Of a DNA stretch of 64,000 bases, positions 25,985 through 36,039 are shown piece after piece. Numbering within the stretch: position 1 is the first letter of the stretch; each line of letters starts with the position of its first letter. Source of the stretch: Trueperaceae bacterium (GTDB taxonomy: Bacteria > Deinococcota > Deinococci > Deinococcales > Trueperaceae); NCBI GenBank assembly GCA_034521815.1, contig JAXHLW010000013.1, forward strand, positions 320,001-384,000, given 5' to 3'. The position numbers and the translations under genes were made by a program. Below the pieces are notes generated by a model. The model had not been told where the DNA came from, ran no database searches, and saw nothing but the letters and a program-made list of their open reading frames with translations.

Positions 25985-28675
25985 ATGCTCAGACGGCGCC
26001 GCCCATCTTTCCTTTCTCGCCCCCTCGCGGCCCTGCTCGCCTGCCTCCTGCTCGTCTCGTCGGTCGCCTACGCCCAGGCCCCCGACCAGGTTCCCGACGT
26101 CAGCGGACCGTTGGTCGAGGTCCGGGTCGAAGGCACCGACGTGTACACCGATATCGTGCGGACCCTGATCACCGCCCGGGTCGGCACGCCGGCCGAACGC
26201 ATCGATCTCGAGGCCGAGCGCAACCGGGTGTACGGACTCGGGACGTTCGCCAGCGTGAGCGTGTCGATGCTCGACGAGCCTGCAGGCCCGGTGCTGCTCG
26301 TGCGGGTGGAGGAGAATCCGGAGATCGGCGAGGTGGTGTTCGACGGGGTCGAGAGCCTCGAGCCGGCGACCTTGCGCGAGCTCCTGTCCAGGGAGCATCT
26401 TCTCGCGGCCGGACGGGTGTTCAACATCGGCCGAGCGGAGGAGGCCACCCGCACCATCGCGGATCGCTACCGTGCCGAGGGCTTCCCGTTCCGTCCGACC
26501 GTCACCCTCGAGACCGAGCGTGCGCCCGAGCTGGCCGATCGCGGCGAAGCGTCGCCGCTTCGGGTGCGTTTCGTCGTGGACGAGGCCGCCCGACTCGACG
26601 AGGTGGTGTTCGCCGAGTCGGCCGTGTTCGACGAAGAGGAGCTTCGCGCCGAGTTCGCCCGGGTCCGTGATCAGGATACGTTCGACCTGGCCACCTACCG
26701 CGCCGCCGTGCGCCGGGTCGGCGAGCGGTACGGCGAGCTCGGCTACCGCCAAAGCGGCGTCGATCTGGACGCGACGCAGCTACGGGGCGGCGTGCTCGAG
26801 GTCGAGCTGCGCGAGCTCCGCATCGCCTCGATCGACACGACGCCGCTGGGCATCGAGGCCGGACGCCTCAGTCTCGACGTCGGCGATCTGTTCGACTACG
26901 ACGCGTTGCTGGCCGACGTCCGTCGCCTGGCCGAAGGCCGAAGCGGCGACGTGAGGCTGGTGCCGCTCGTGAGCCCGGCCGGGGGCGTTCGGGTGACGTT
27001 CGAGCTGGGGCCGCCCGATACGGCGGGCGAGATCGAGACGATCCGCATCGAGGGCAACACCGTGCTGAGCGACGAGCGGCTGGCCGAGACGCTGGCCCTG
27101 CAGCCGGGCGACACCTTCACCTCCACGCTGGCCGAGGAGGACTTCCGCCGGATCGCCGAGGCGTACGCAGGCGCCGGCTACGTCGTCGCGTCCAGGCCCG
27201 ACTACAACTGGCTGGACGGCGTGTACGTCCAGCGCGTGACCGAGTACCGCATCGGCGAGTACGCGATCGTCTGGCGTTCGGGAACCCCGGGCGCCGAGCC
27301 GTTCATCGTGCTTCGCAGACTTCCCGAGCCCGGCAGCGTGCTGTCGCTGGATGCGCTCGACGCCGGCCTCCGGCAGCTGCTCCGCGAGGGTGCGGTCCGT
27401 CCCGTGGACCGTCAGATCCTGCCGCTCGAGGACGGCGAGAGCGACGAGGTGCTGGTCCAGATCGTGCTCGAGTCGTCGCAGACCGGTCTGTTCCAGCCAG
27501 CCGCGACGTACAGCACGCTCGACGGGTTCTCCGCGTCGCTCAGCGTGAGCGAGCGCAACCTGTGGGGCCGTGCGCACACCGTCGAGGCCGAGATCGATGC
27601 GCGCACCTCCGACATCGGCTTCCTACTCGGTGGCGACCTGCGGTACTCGGTCCCCTGGCTGTACCTCGACGTCGGCGACTTCCGCGAGGTGCCCACCTCG
27701 GTGTCGGTGTCGTTGTTCTCGAACGTTCGCACGAACGAGCCGCTCTCGGACGAAGGCTCGACCCGGATCGTCGCGCCCGGCTCCTCGGGCGGGGAGGCCA
27801 ACACCGTTCGTATCGGCGAGTACACGCGCCGGGATACCGGGTTCAGCGTCGGCGCGGGCCGTCGACTGATCGACGATCTGACGCTGCGGCTCTCCGCCCG
27901 GGCGTCGTTGTCCGACATCACCGTCGAGCCCCCGGGGACCGTGTGCACGTTCGACGACGACGGCGACGTCGAGAACCCGAACGCCTGCTCGCTCCCCTAC
28001 GTCCAGGCTCTCGAGTACGCGCCCCTCGAGGGCGCCTCGGGGTTCTTGGGCGGCGATCTGGCGTACGACGCCCGTGACGACGCCGACTTCCCGCGCAGCG
28101 GCGTGGCCTCGAACGCCTCGCTGGGCGTCGGCCTGGGGAACGACTTCTTGTCGGGCGGGGAGCGCGCCTCGTACGTGTACGTTCCGGTGGAGCTCGGCGT
28201 GAAGAGCTACCTGACGCTCGCGGAGCTGTCGCAGGGCGAGATCACCGACGACAACCACGTGTTCGCGGCGCGCCTGAACGTCGGGCACCAGTTCGGCTCG
28301 GCGTATCCCGCCTCGAAGCGGTTCACCGTCGGTCAGACGCCCAACGAAGCCACCCAGGTCCGCGGCTACCGTGACGACGACTTCGGTCTCTCGCGAACGT
28401 ACGCGACCGCCTCGTTCGAGTATCGGTACGACTTCGAGCTGAGCACCGTCGCGACCCAGACGATCATCGCGGTGGCGTTCGCCGACGTCGCCTGGGCCAG
28501 CGAGGTCCCTGGCTGGAACGAGAACGAAGCGCCTCTGTTCGCCGGCGCCGGCGTCGGCCTGCAGGTGAACCTCGGCTTCTCCGGCGTGGCCCTGCCGGCG
28601 CTCAGATTCGACTACGGCTTCAGCGAACGCAACCCGACCGGCGTGTTCTCGTTCCGTATCGGAACGGTGTTCTGA
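25985..28675 (+). CDS. Omp85/BamA-family outer membrane protein (POTRA domains plus beta-barrel)
   Basis: Signal peptide (..VAYA|Q), POTRA motifs (VRVEENPEIGEVVFDG, IRIEGNTVLS), SERNLWGR, VRGY loop motif, C-terminal FSFRIGTVF. Confidence 0.9.
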   Translation: MLRRRRPSFLSRPLAALLACLLLVSSVAYAQAPDQVPDVSGPLVEVRVEGTDVYTDIVRTLITARVGTPAERIDLEAERNRVYGLGTFASVSVSMLDEPAGPVLLVRVEENPEIGEVVFDGVESLEPATLRELLSREHLLAAGRVFNIGRAEEATRTIADRYRAEGFPFRPTVTLETERAPELADRGEASPLRVRFVVDEAARLDEVVFAESAVFDEEELRAEFARVRDQDTFDLATYRAAVRRVGERYGELGYRQSGVDLDATQLRGGVLEVELRELRIASIDTTPLGIEAGRLSLDVGDLFDYDALLADVRRLAEGRSGDVRLVPLVSPAGGVRVTFELGPPDTAGEIETIRIEGNTVLSDERLAETLALQPGDTFTSTLAEEDFRRIAEAYAGAGYVVASRPDYNWLDGVYVQRVTEYRIGEYAIVWRSGTPGAEPFIVLRRLPEPGSVLSLDALDAGLRQLLREGAVRPVDRQILPLEDGESDEVLVQIVLESSQTGLFQPAATYSTLDGFSASLSVSERNLWGRAHTVEAEIDARTSDIGFLLGGDLRYSVPWLYLDVGDFREVPTSVSVSLFSNVRTNEPLSDEGSTRIVAPGSSGGEANTVRIGEYTRRDTGFSVGAGRRLIDDLTLRLSARASLSDITVEPPGTVCTFDDDGDVENPNACSLPYVQALEYAPLEGASGFLGGDLAYDARDDADFPRSGVASNASLGVGLGNDFLSGGERASYVYVPVELGVKSYLTLAELSQGEITDDNHVFAARLNVGHQFGSAYPASKRFTVGQTPNEATQVRGYRDDDFGLSRTYATASFEYRYDFELSTVATQTIIAVAFADVAWASEVPGWNENEAPLFAGAGVGLQVNLGFSGVALPALRFDYGFSERNPTGVFSFRIGTVF

Positions 28676-28712
28676 GCCGGGACCTCTTCCCGGCTCCCAG
28701 GGGGCGACGACG

Positions 28713-28752
28713 GTCGGCTCGTGGGCGTGCGCTCGGCCACGCCCGAGCCGAC
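28713..28752. terminator. Imperfect hairpin between the convergent omp85 and crp-family genes
   Basis: GTCGGCTC-gt-GGGCGTG ... CACGCCC-GAGCCGAC. Confidence 0.45.
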
Positions 28753-28758
28753 GACGGC

Positions 28759-29367
28759 TCAGCCGTCAGCGGCTCGGCGCAGCATCGCCTCGTCGCGCAG
28801 CCGGATCCGACCGTAGCCCGCATCGATCGCGCCGAGGCGGACCAGCTCGCCGACGACCTTCGTGACCGTCTCGCGTACCGACCCGACCGACGTCGCCAGG
28901 GCGTCGTGCGTCATCAGGACGGTGCGCACCCCGCCTTCGTCGCTGGCCAGCGCGCTGTCCCGAAGCTCGAGGAGCTCGGCAGCGACGCGCGCCGTCAGTC
29001 TCCGCGTCGCGCGCCGGTGCATGCCCCGGTAGAGGCCGTCGAGCGCGACGGCCATGCGCACCACGATGGCGTCGCGCTGCTCGGCCGTGAGCTCGTCCAC
29101 CTCGAATCGCTCGACGCGGACATCGGTGACCGCGTCGGCGAACACCGACCTGGGAAGACCCGCCAGCACCTCTTCGCCGAACCAGTCGCCGGGCTTGACG
29201 TAACGGAGCGTGACGCCCTCGCCCTCGCCGTCGACGGCGTGCAGGCGGACCAGGCCGCTCAGGAGCCGGTAGACCACGGCCGACGCGCCCGGCACGTAGA
29301 GGACGGCGCCCGCCTCGTACGCTTCGGCCGAGCCGTTCACCATAGGATCTGGATCGTTCTCCATCAT
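28759..29367 (-). CDS. Crp/Fnr family regulator, DdrI/SdrP-like
   Basis: SGLVRLH..TLRYVKPGDWFGEEVLAG, RVAAELLELRDSALA, THDALATSVGSVRETVTKVVGEL..AGYGRI, resembling Deinococcus DdrI and Thermus SdrP (from memory). Confidence 0.88.
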   Translation of the reverse strand: MMENDPDPMVNGSAEAYEAGAVLYVPGASAVVYRLLSGLVRLHAVDGEGEGVTLRYVKPGDWFGEEVLAGLPRSVFADAVTDVRVERFEVDELTAEQRDAIVVRMAVALDGLYRGMHRRATRRLTARVAAELLELRDSALASDEGGVRTVLMTHDALATSVGSVRETVTKVVGELVRLGAIDAGYGRIRLRDEAMLRRAADG

Positions 29368-29465
29368 GCCGCCTTTCCGGTAGCGCCCACCGTTCACGGG
29401 ACGGTACCGGCGAGGGGGCAGCCCGACCACGGTCTTGGCTACGATCCGCGCCGAGCCGTGCGGCC

Positions 29466-30551
29466 TCAGACCGAGAACAGGATGTGCATCACGTCGCCGT
29501 CACGCACGCGATACGCCTTCCCTTCGGTGCGTAGCTGGCCCTTCGCCTTCGCCGCCGTCAGGCTCTTCGCCGCCACCAGGACGTCCCAACCGATCGTCTC
29601 GGCACGAATGAAGCCGCGCTGCAGGTCGCTATGGATCTCTCCCGCCGCCTCGGGCGCGGTGGCGCCCTCACGGACGGTCCAGGCGCGGACCTCCTTCTCG
29701 CTGGCGGTGAAGTACGTGAGCAGGCCGAGGGTCTTGTAGCCCGTCTCGATCAGGCGCTCCAGCCCCGAGCGCTCGACGCCGAGGTCCCGCAGGAACTCCG
29801 CGGCCTCGTCCTCGGGGAGCTCGGCGAGCTCCTGCTCGATCCGGGCGCTCACCACCACGACGTCGGCACCTTCCGAGGCGGCGCGCTCCCGGACGGTCTC
29901 GACGTATGCGTTCCCCTCGACCAGGTCGGTCTCGGCGACGTTGCAGACGTAGATCACCGGCTTGGCGGTCAGGAGCTGCACGTCGGCGGGCAGGTCCACG
30001 TCGACCGCACGGGCGGGCGTGCCCTGCTCCAGCGCGGCCAGCACCCGGTCCATCGCCGCGACCGTCTCGGCGACGGAACGGTCGCCCTTCGCGCTCTTTC
30101 GGAGCTTGTCGCGGCGCCTCTCCAGCGTGGCGATGTCGGCCAGCGCCAGCTCGGTGTCGATGGTGTCGATGTCGGCCACCGGATCGATGCGGCCCTCGAC
30201 GTGGACGACGTCGTCGTCGTCGAAACAGCGCACCACGTGGGCGACCGCCGCGACCTCGCGGATGTTGGCGAGGAACTGGTTGCCGAGACCCTCGCCTCGC
30301 GACGCGCCCCGGACCAGCCCGGCGATGTCGACGAACTCCACCGTGGTCGGCACGATCGGCGGCAGCTTGCCGTCCTTGCGATAGAGCTCGCCCAACGCCC
30401 CCAGGCGCTCGTCGGGGACGGGGACCACGCCGATGTTCTTGTCGATCGTCGCGAACGGATAGTTCGCGGCTTCGACCGCGGCCTTGGTGATGGCGTTGAA
30501 CAGCGTGCTCTTGCCGACGTTCGGCAAGCCCACGATCCCGATTCCGAGCAT
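29466..30551 (-). CDS. ychF: Redox-regulated ribosome-binding ATPase YchF
   Basis: GIVGLPNVGKSTLFNA, ANYPFATI, FVDIAGLV..GEGLGNQFL, GFIRAE. Confidence 0.97.
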   Translation of the reverse strand: MLGIGIVGLPNVGKSTLFNAITKAAVEAANYPFATIDKNIGVVPVPDERLGALGELYRKDGKLPPIVPTTVEFVDIAGLVRGASRGEGLGNQFLANIREVAAVAHVVRCFDDDDVVHVEGRIDPVADIDTIDTELALADIATLERRRDKLRKSAKGDRSVAETVAAMDRVLAALEQGTPARAVDVDLPADVQLLTAKPVIYVCNVAETDLVEGNAYVETVRERAASEGADVVVVSARIEQELAELPEDEAAEFLRDLGVERSGLERLIETGYKTLGLLTYFTASEKEVRAWTVREGATAPEAAGEIHSDLQRGFIRAETIGWDVLVAAKSLTAAKAKGQLRTEGKAYRVRDGDVMHILFSV

Positions 30552-30698
30552 GGTGGTCCTCCGCAGCGGGTCATCCGAGCTGGCGTGAAAGATGGCGTCC
30601 GGGCGACGGCCCGGCGACGCAGCGCCCGCCACGATACCCAGACGAGGACGGCCGAACGGCTCCTCGGCCGACGCGACCCCCGTGCTATCCTCGCGCGC

Positions 30699-31721
30699 AT
30701 GGAAACCGGTCGACACGCCCCGCTCCGGATCGGCCTGCTCGGTGTCGGGACGGTCGGCACGGCCTTCGCCGAGCTGATCCGCTCCCGCGCCGACCTGGTC
30801 CTCGCCAAGGCGCTGGTGCGCGACCCGGCCAAGCCGCGGCGCATCGCTCATCCCGACGACGTGCTCACGACCGACGTCGAGCAGGTACTGAGCGCGTCCG
30901 ATCTGATCGTCGAGCTCATGGGTGGCACCGACTTCGCGGTGACCGCGGTTCAGGAGGCGCTCGACCGGGAGCTTCCGGTCGTGACGGCGAACAAGGCCGC
31001 CCTCGCCGAGCGCTGGGAGGTGTACGAGCCGGCCATGCGGTCGGGGCGACTGTACTTCGAGGCGTCGGTGATGGCCGGCGTCCCGGTGGTGGGCCCCATC
31101 GCGGGAGCGTTGCGCGGCTCGTCGCCCCACGAGATCCACGCGGTGCTGAACGGAACGTGCAGCTACGTCCTGTCGCGACTCGAGCAGGGCGCCGGCTACG
31201 CGGCCGCCCTGAGCGAGGCGCAGCGGCTGGGGTACGCGGAGTCCGATCCGAGCCTGGACGTGTCCGGAATCGACGCGGCTCACAAGCTGTCGATCCTGGC
31301 GCGACTCGCGGTCGACCCCGAGCTGACGTGGGAGCACGTCCGCGAGCGCACGCACGGAATCGAGCTCCTGACGCCCGGCATCGTCCACGAGGCGATGGAG
31401 GACGGCGGACGGCTTCAGCTGGTGGGCAGCATCGTGCCCGCCGGAGCTGGCTGGACGGCACGGGTCCGTCCCGTGTACCTGCCCGCCGGTCATCCGCTCG
31501 CGGGCGGCGACGAGGTGCAGGCGTCGCTGGTCTATCGCGGCGTCGGCGGCGAGGTGCTCCTGTCGGGGCCCGGAGCGGGCGGCGTGCAGACCGCCAGCGC
31601 CGTGTTGGGCGACGTCCTGGCGGCGGCCTCCGGTCGCCCGGGACCCGTTCCGCTGCGTCGCGCAGCACCGCACCCCGTCGGCGTGTCGCTCGAGGACCTC
31701 GGGGAGCTCGAACCGGCGTGA
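30699..31721 (+). CDS. hom: Homoserine dehydrogenase (no ACT domain)
   Basis: GLLGVGTVG, VVTANKA, FEASVMAGVP, LNGTCSY, GYAESDPSLDV.GIDAAHK, GPGAGG. Confidence 0.95.
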   Translation: METGRHAPLRIGLLGVGTVGTAFAELIRSRADLVLAKALVRDPAKPRRIAHPDDVLTTDVEQVLSASDLIVELMGGTDFAVTAVQEALDRELPVVTANKAALAERWEVYEPAMRSGRLYFEASVMAGVPVVGPIAGALRGSSPHEIHAVLNGTCSYVLSRLEQGAGYAAALSEAQRLGYAESDPSLDVSGIDAAHKLSILARLAVDPELTWEHVRERTHGIELLTPGIVHEAMEDGGRLQLVGSIVPAGAGWTARVRPVYLPAGHPLAGGDEVQASLVYRGVGGEVLLSGPGAGGVQTASAVLGDVLAAASGRPGPVPLRRAAPHPVGVSLEDLGELEPA

Positions 31722-33061
31722 GGGTGGTGCAAGGCGGACCGACCGAGGCCGTCCGGGTGCGGAGCACGCGCGCACCGGACGGCCCAGGCCTGTCGTTGGA
31801 CGACGCGATCCTGGCGGGGCTCGCGCCCGACGGCGGGCTGTACCTTCCCGTCGAGGTGCCCGCGCTGCCGCCCGACTGGCGCGCGTCGACGAGCCTCGCG
31901 GAGCTTGCGCGTCGCGTGCTGGCCCCCTGGTGGGGCGAGGCCGAGGCCGAGATCGCCCCCCTTCTGGACGACGCGCTGGACTTCGACACGCCTCTGCGTC
32001 CGCTGTCGGACGGCCGCTGGCTATTGGAGCTGTTCCACGGCCCCACGCTGTCGTTCAAGGACGTCGGTGCGCGGACGATGGCTCGCCTGGCGGGCCGGGC
32101 GTTGGCGCGTCGCGGCGGAGAGGCGACGGTGCTGGTGGCGACCAGCGGCGATACCGGCTCCGCCGTCGCTGACGGGTTCTCGGGCGTGCCGGGCGTTCGC
32201 GTCGCCCTTCTCTACCCAGCGGGCCGGGTGAGCGATGTCCAGGAGCGGCAGCTGATCCAAGCCAGGCCCAACGTGCGCGCCTTCGCGGTCGAGGGCGACT
32301 TCGACGCCTGCCAACGGCTGGTGAAAGCCGCGTTCGTCGACCCACGGCTGGCGGAGATGGGCCTCACCAGCGCGAACTCGATCAACATCGGCCGGCTGCT
32401 GCCGCAGATGCTGTACTACCTCTGGGCGGGGCTGCAGCTGGAGCGCGACCACGGGCGTGGAGGGTCTCCCTACATGGTCGTGCCGTCGGGCAACCTGGGG
32501 AACCTGACGGGTGGGCTGCTGGCCGCCGAGACGGGCCTTCCGGTCGCCGGGTTCCTCGCGGCCCACAACGCCAACCGCTTCGTTCCCGACCTGCTGGCCG
32601 GCCGGGCAGGTCCACACGACGCCCCTGCCACGGTCGCGACGCTGTCCAACGCCATGGACGTGGGGGCGCCCAGCAACTTCGAGCGACTCTGGCGCTGGCA
32701 CGGCGAGGGGCTGCGCGAGCGGATCGACGCCGTATCGGTGCTGGACGATCCGACGTTGCGCCGGATGCGGATCACGGCGGACGAGGACGACGTCGTCGTC
32801 TGTCCCCACACGGCGGTCGGGCTCGAGGGCCTGGCCCGGATCCGCGAGGCACGTCCGGAGCTGGCCGGCGTCCCTGCCATCGTGCTGGCGACCGCGCATC
32901 CCGCGAAGTTTCCTGCATCGGTGGTCCGAGCGACCGGACGAGAGCCGCCGCACGCCCCTGCTCTGGACGCGTCCTCGCGGGGCCCCACCCGCGTCGAGGC
33001 GTTGCCGGCCGACCCCGCCGCGTTGCGCGAAGCGCTGGCTGACGATCGGTGGCGCGACTGA
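31718..33061 (+). CDS. thrC: Threonine synthase
   Basis: GLAPDGGLYLP, ELFHGPTLSFKD, ATSGDTG, SANSINIGR, VPSGNLGN, LATAHPAKF. Confidence 0.95.
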   Translation: MRVVQGGPTEAVRVRSTRAPDGPGLSLDDAILAGLAPDGGLYLPVEVPALPPDWRASTSLAELARRVLAPWWGEAEAEIAPLLDDALDFDTPLRPLSDGRWLLELFHGPTLSFKDVGARTMARLAGRALARRGGEATVLVATSGDTGSAVADGFSGVPGVRVALLYPAGRVSDVQERQLIQARPNVRAFAVEGDFDACQRLVKAAFVDPRLAEMGLTSANSINIGRLLPQMLYYLWAGLQLERDHGRGGSPYMVVPSGNLGNLTGGLLAAETGLPVAGFLAAHNANRFVPDLLAGRAGPHDAPATVATLSNAMDVGAPSNFERLWRWHGEGLRERIDAVSVLDDPTLRRMRITADEDDVVVCPHTAVGLEGLARIREARPELAGVPAIVLATAHPAKFPASVVRATGREPPHAPALDASSRGPTRVEALPADPAALREALADDRWRD

Positions 33062-33076
33062 GCGCCTGACGTGGAG

Positions 33077-33132
33077 CGTCGCCGCCCGGTCGCCGCCCGG
33101 TGGCTGACGCGGTCGCTGCCCGGTCGCCAGCG
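33077..33132. repeat. Degenerate 11-bp tandem repeat (GTCGCCGCCCG) between convergent genes
   Basis: gtcgccgcccg gtcgccgcccg gtggctgacgcg gtcgctgcccg gtcgccagcgg. Confidence 0.6.
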
Positions 33133-33159
33133 GCCGGGAACGACGCCGCTACGAGCGTG

Positions 33160-34137
33160 TCAGGTCGCGCCCTGGCGTCGTACCCACGGCCCTTCGGCGT
33201 CGTCGCCGAGATGCACGACCCGCATCTCGCGCATCAGCTTGACGAGCTGGGCCAGGAGCGCAGCGCGAACCAGCGACCTGGGGCTCCTGCGCAGATCGCC
33301 GTCGGAGTCGTCGTCCGCGTCGCCGTCCGGGTGGCCTGCCGGATCGCTGTCGAGCTCGCCGTACACCCGGGTCGCGAGCTCGTCGGTGCCCAGCGGCTCG
33401 CTCAGGGCGGCGACGATCGCGGCCTCTCGGCGAAGGCGATGGTCGCGCGCCGCGTCCAGAGCGGTGACCGGATCGTCGATCGGCTCGCCGTGCGCCACGG
33501 TCAGCCAGGAGGGTGCGCGCGATCGGACCCGGGCCAGACTGTCCAGGTACGCCGCGACGTCGCCCTCGGGCAAGCCGATCCACGAGCTTCCGCGGCCGGT
33601 GAGCAGATCGCCCGCCACGACGCCTGCGGGCTGCGTCTGGCCGCCGGCGTCCGTCTGGCCGCCGGGGTCCGTCGGCCAGGAGAGCTCGTAGGCGAGATGG
33701 CCGGGCGCGTGTCCCGGCGTATGGATCGCCTGCACGACCGCTCCTCCCAGCATCAGGCGGCGACCGTCGCCCAGCGGCCGGACGTCGCCGTCGCCGGGCA
33801 CGCGATCTGCCTCGGCGGGGTGCACGTGGACGGGCACGGGGCCGAGCAGCTCGAGCAGCGCGGGCAGGCCCTCGACGTGATCCCCGTGGGTGTGGGTCAG
33901 CAGGATGCGGTCGAGGTCGCGCGCGCCGTGCCGCCGCGCCCAGTCGACGAGCACCTCGGCGTCGCGGGGATCCATGAAACCGGGATCGACCAGCGCGGCA
34001 CGTCCGTTGGCCACGAGCAACGTGGTCCAGGTGTCGGTGAACGGCGGTAGCGTCCGGCTCGGGAGCGCCAGCTGGTGGACGCCGGGCGCGATTCGGCGCT
34101 CGGTGGGCGTGATCCGACGCTCGCCGGGGCGTCTCAA
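33160..34137 (-). CDS. Metallo-beta-lactamase fold hydrolase
   Basis: LVDPG, THTHGDH, HTPGHAPGH, AGDL, AHG; start uncertain (TTG overlapping the upstream stop). Confidence 0.85.
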   Translation of the reverse strand: MRRPGERRITPTERRIAPGVHQLALPSRTLPPFTDTWTTLLVANGRAALVDPGFMDPRDAEVLVDWARRHGARDLDRILLTHTHGDHVEGLPALLELLGPVPVHVHPAEADRVPGDGDVRPLGDGRRLMLGGAVVQAIHTPGHAPGHLAYELSWPTDPGGQTDAGGQTQPAGVVAGDLLTGRGSSWIGLPEGDVAAYLDSLARVRSRAPSWLTVAHGEPIDDPVTALDAARDHRLRREAAIVAALSEPLGTDELATRVYGELDSDPAGHPDGDADDDSDGDLRRSPRSLVRAALLAQLVKLMREMRVVHLGDDAEGPWVRRQGAT

Positions 34138-35090
34138 TCGCGGCCCAGCAGCGCCTCGCGGGCGGCCTTCTCGGCCCGGCCCGGCTCGCTGGCGATGTCG
34201 GGCACCACGCCGCGTCCCTCCCAGGTGGGTCCGCCGATCGGTGCCAGGACGCCCGTCGCGAGCCAGATCTGCGCACCGTCGCGCAGGCAGAACGGCAGAA
34301 CCGCCTCGACGTTGCCCGAGGTGCGCTCGCCCACGACGATGGCGCGTCCGCTGGCCTGCAGCGCGCCGGCGAGGCCCTCCGCGGCGCTGGCGACCTGCCC
34401 GTCCACCAGGACCGCGACCGGCAGATCGGTCGCGGGCGCGCCCAGCGCGGGGTAGGGGATCGGCAGGCTCCAACGCGTCGCGACGCGCCACAGGAGTCCG
34501 CGCACGAACACGCCGGCCGTCGTCATCATCTCGATCAGGCGCCCACCCGGATTCCCCCTGAGGTCCAGCGCCAAGCCGCGGGCGCCGCGGCGCTCCAGAT
34601 CGACGACCGCCGCGCGAACCCCGGACGAGGTCCCCCCGCGAGCCAGATCCTCGACGCGGATCACGCCCAGGCCGGCGTCGAGCCGCCAGCGCACGGGGCC
34701 GGAGCTCGACGCCGTCGGATCGGCCTGCGAAAACACGCCGATGCACGGCAAGTCGCCGTACGCCTCGCGAACGCGCTCGACCTCGTCGGGCGCCACGTAG
34801 CGCGAGTGGTCGTCGTCCAGCAGCGCCACCATCTCGCCCAGGACGGCGTGCAGCGCCGCTTCGTCGGGGGCGGCGCGGGCGCGTGGCTCGAACCTGTCCC
34901 GGACAGAGGCCCAATCGACGTCGAGGTGCTCGAGGTCCCAGTACCGCTCGTCCACCAGCCGCCAGGCGCGCTCGAAGCGGGCGCCCGCGTTCGCGACCGG
35001 GGTCTCGCCCTGCGCCCATCCGGACGTCGTGCCAGGCAGCCACGCCAGCAGCGCCAACGTCGTCAGAGCCAGCCGTCGACCGAGGCCCAC
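34134..35090 (-). CDS. Secreted S41 family peptidase lacking a PDZ domain
   Basis: Signal peptide, FERAWRLVDERY..DW, LDDDHSRY, LDLRGNPGG, ASAAE, GERTSG, EGRGVVPD. Confidence 0.88.
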   Translation of the reverse strand: MGLGRRLALTTLALLAWLPGTTSGWAQGETPVANAGARFERAWRLVDERYWDLEHLDVDWASVRDRFEPRARAAPDEAALHAVLGEMVALLDDDHSRYVAPDEVERVREAYGDLPCIGVFSQADPTASSSGPVRWRLDAGLGVIRVEDLARGGTSSGVRAAVVDLERRGARGLALDLRGNPGGRLIEMMTTAGVFVRGLLWRVATRWSLPIPYPALGAPATDLPVAVLVDGQVASAAEGLAGALQASGRAIVVGERTSGNVEAVLPFCLRDGAQIWLATGVLAPIGGPTWEGRGVVPDIASEPGRAEKAAREALLGRD

Positions 35091-35094
35091 GGCG

Positions 35095-36039
35095 TCAGGA
35101 CCCGAGCATGGACAGGGAGCGAGCCGCGCGCTCGAGCGTCGCGAGATCCACCGACCGACGCTGCGCCCCGACTTCGGTGGTGTTCAGGGCGCCGGCCACG
35201 TTGCCGGCCCTGGCCGCACCGATGAGGTCGGAGCCTGACATGATCGCGTGGGCGAACGCCGCGGTGTAGTAGTCGCCGGCGCCGGTGGTGTCGACCACGC
35301 CGTCGATCTCGTACGGGTCGACCAGCTCGGAGCGTTCGGGCGTGATCACGATCGAGCCCATCTCGCCGACCTTGACCACCAGGCGCTCGATCCCGTGCGT
35401 CGCGAGTCCGGCGACCGCGTCGCTGATCGTCTCCCGGCCGGTGAGCGCGAACAGCTCGCGTTCGTTCATGAGCAGGTAGTCGACCTTGCGCACCAGCCCG
35501 ATCAAGCGACCCCTCAGCGCATTCACCGCACCCGTGCCCATATCCACGAACGTCGTCGCCCCGGCGTCCCGCGCCAGCTCCAGCGCCTTGACGGCGTAAT
35601 CGCGCTGCGGTCCGTCCACGAGGCTATAGGCGCTCATCACCAACGCGTCGACGCCCCTGAACACCTCGGGCCCCAGCGACGAGGCGTCCAGCGCGCGACT
35701 GGCGCCGATCGCGGTGATCATCGTCCTCTGCGTGTCGGGCGTGACCAGGATCGTGACGCTGCTGGTCTGAAGCTCCGTGTCGACCTGGATCAGCTCCGAG
35801 GAGACGCCGGCGGTTCGGGCGTTCTCGAGCGCGAGCTCGGAGAACGGACCGGTCCCGACGCGCGTCGCGATGCGCGTCGCGTGGCCCAGCCGCGCCAGGG
35901 CGGTGGCCATCGTTCCGCCCGCGCCGCCCGGCTCCATCACCGCACGGGTGGCCGTCATCTCGCCCCCCGGCTCGGGGACGGCGTCCACGAAGTACATCTG
36001 GTCGACGGTCGCGTCACCGACGACGAGGAACTCAGCCAT
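35095..36039 (-). CDS. PfkB/ribokinase family kinase
   Basis: PGGAGGTMATALARLG, NERE, VVKVGEMGS, VDTTGAGD. Confidence 0.92.
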   Translation of the reverse strand: MAEFLVVGDATVDQMYFVDAVPEPGGEMTATRAVMEPGGAGGTMATALARLGHATRIATRVGTGPFSELALENARTAGVSSELIQVDTELQTSSVTILVTPDTQRTMITAIGASRALDASSLGPEVFRGVDALVMSAYSLVDGPQRDYAVKALELARDAGATTFVDMGTGAVNALRGRLIGLVRKVDYLLMNERELFALTGRETISDAVAGLATHGIERLVVKVGEMGSIVITPERSELVDPYEIDGVVDTTGAGDYYTAAFAHAIMSGSDLIGAARAGNVAGALNTTEVGAQRRSVDLATLERAARSLSMLGS

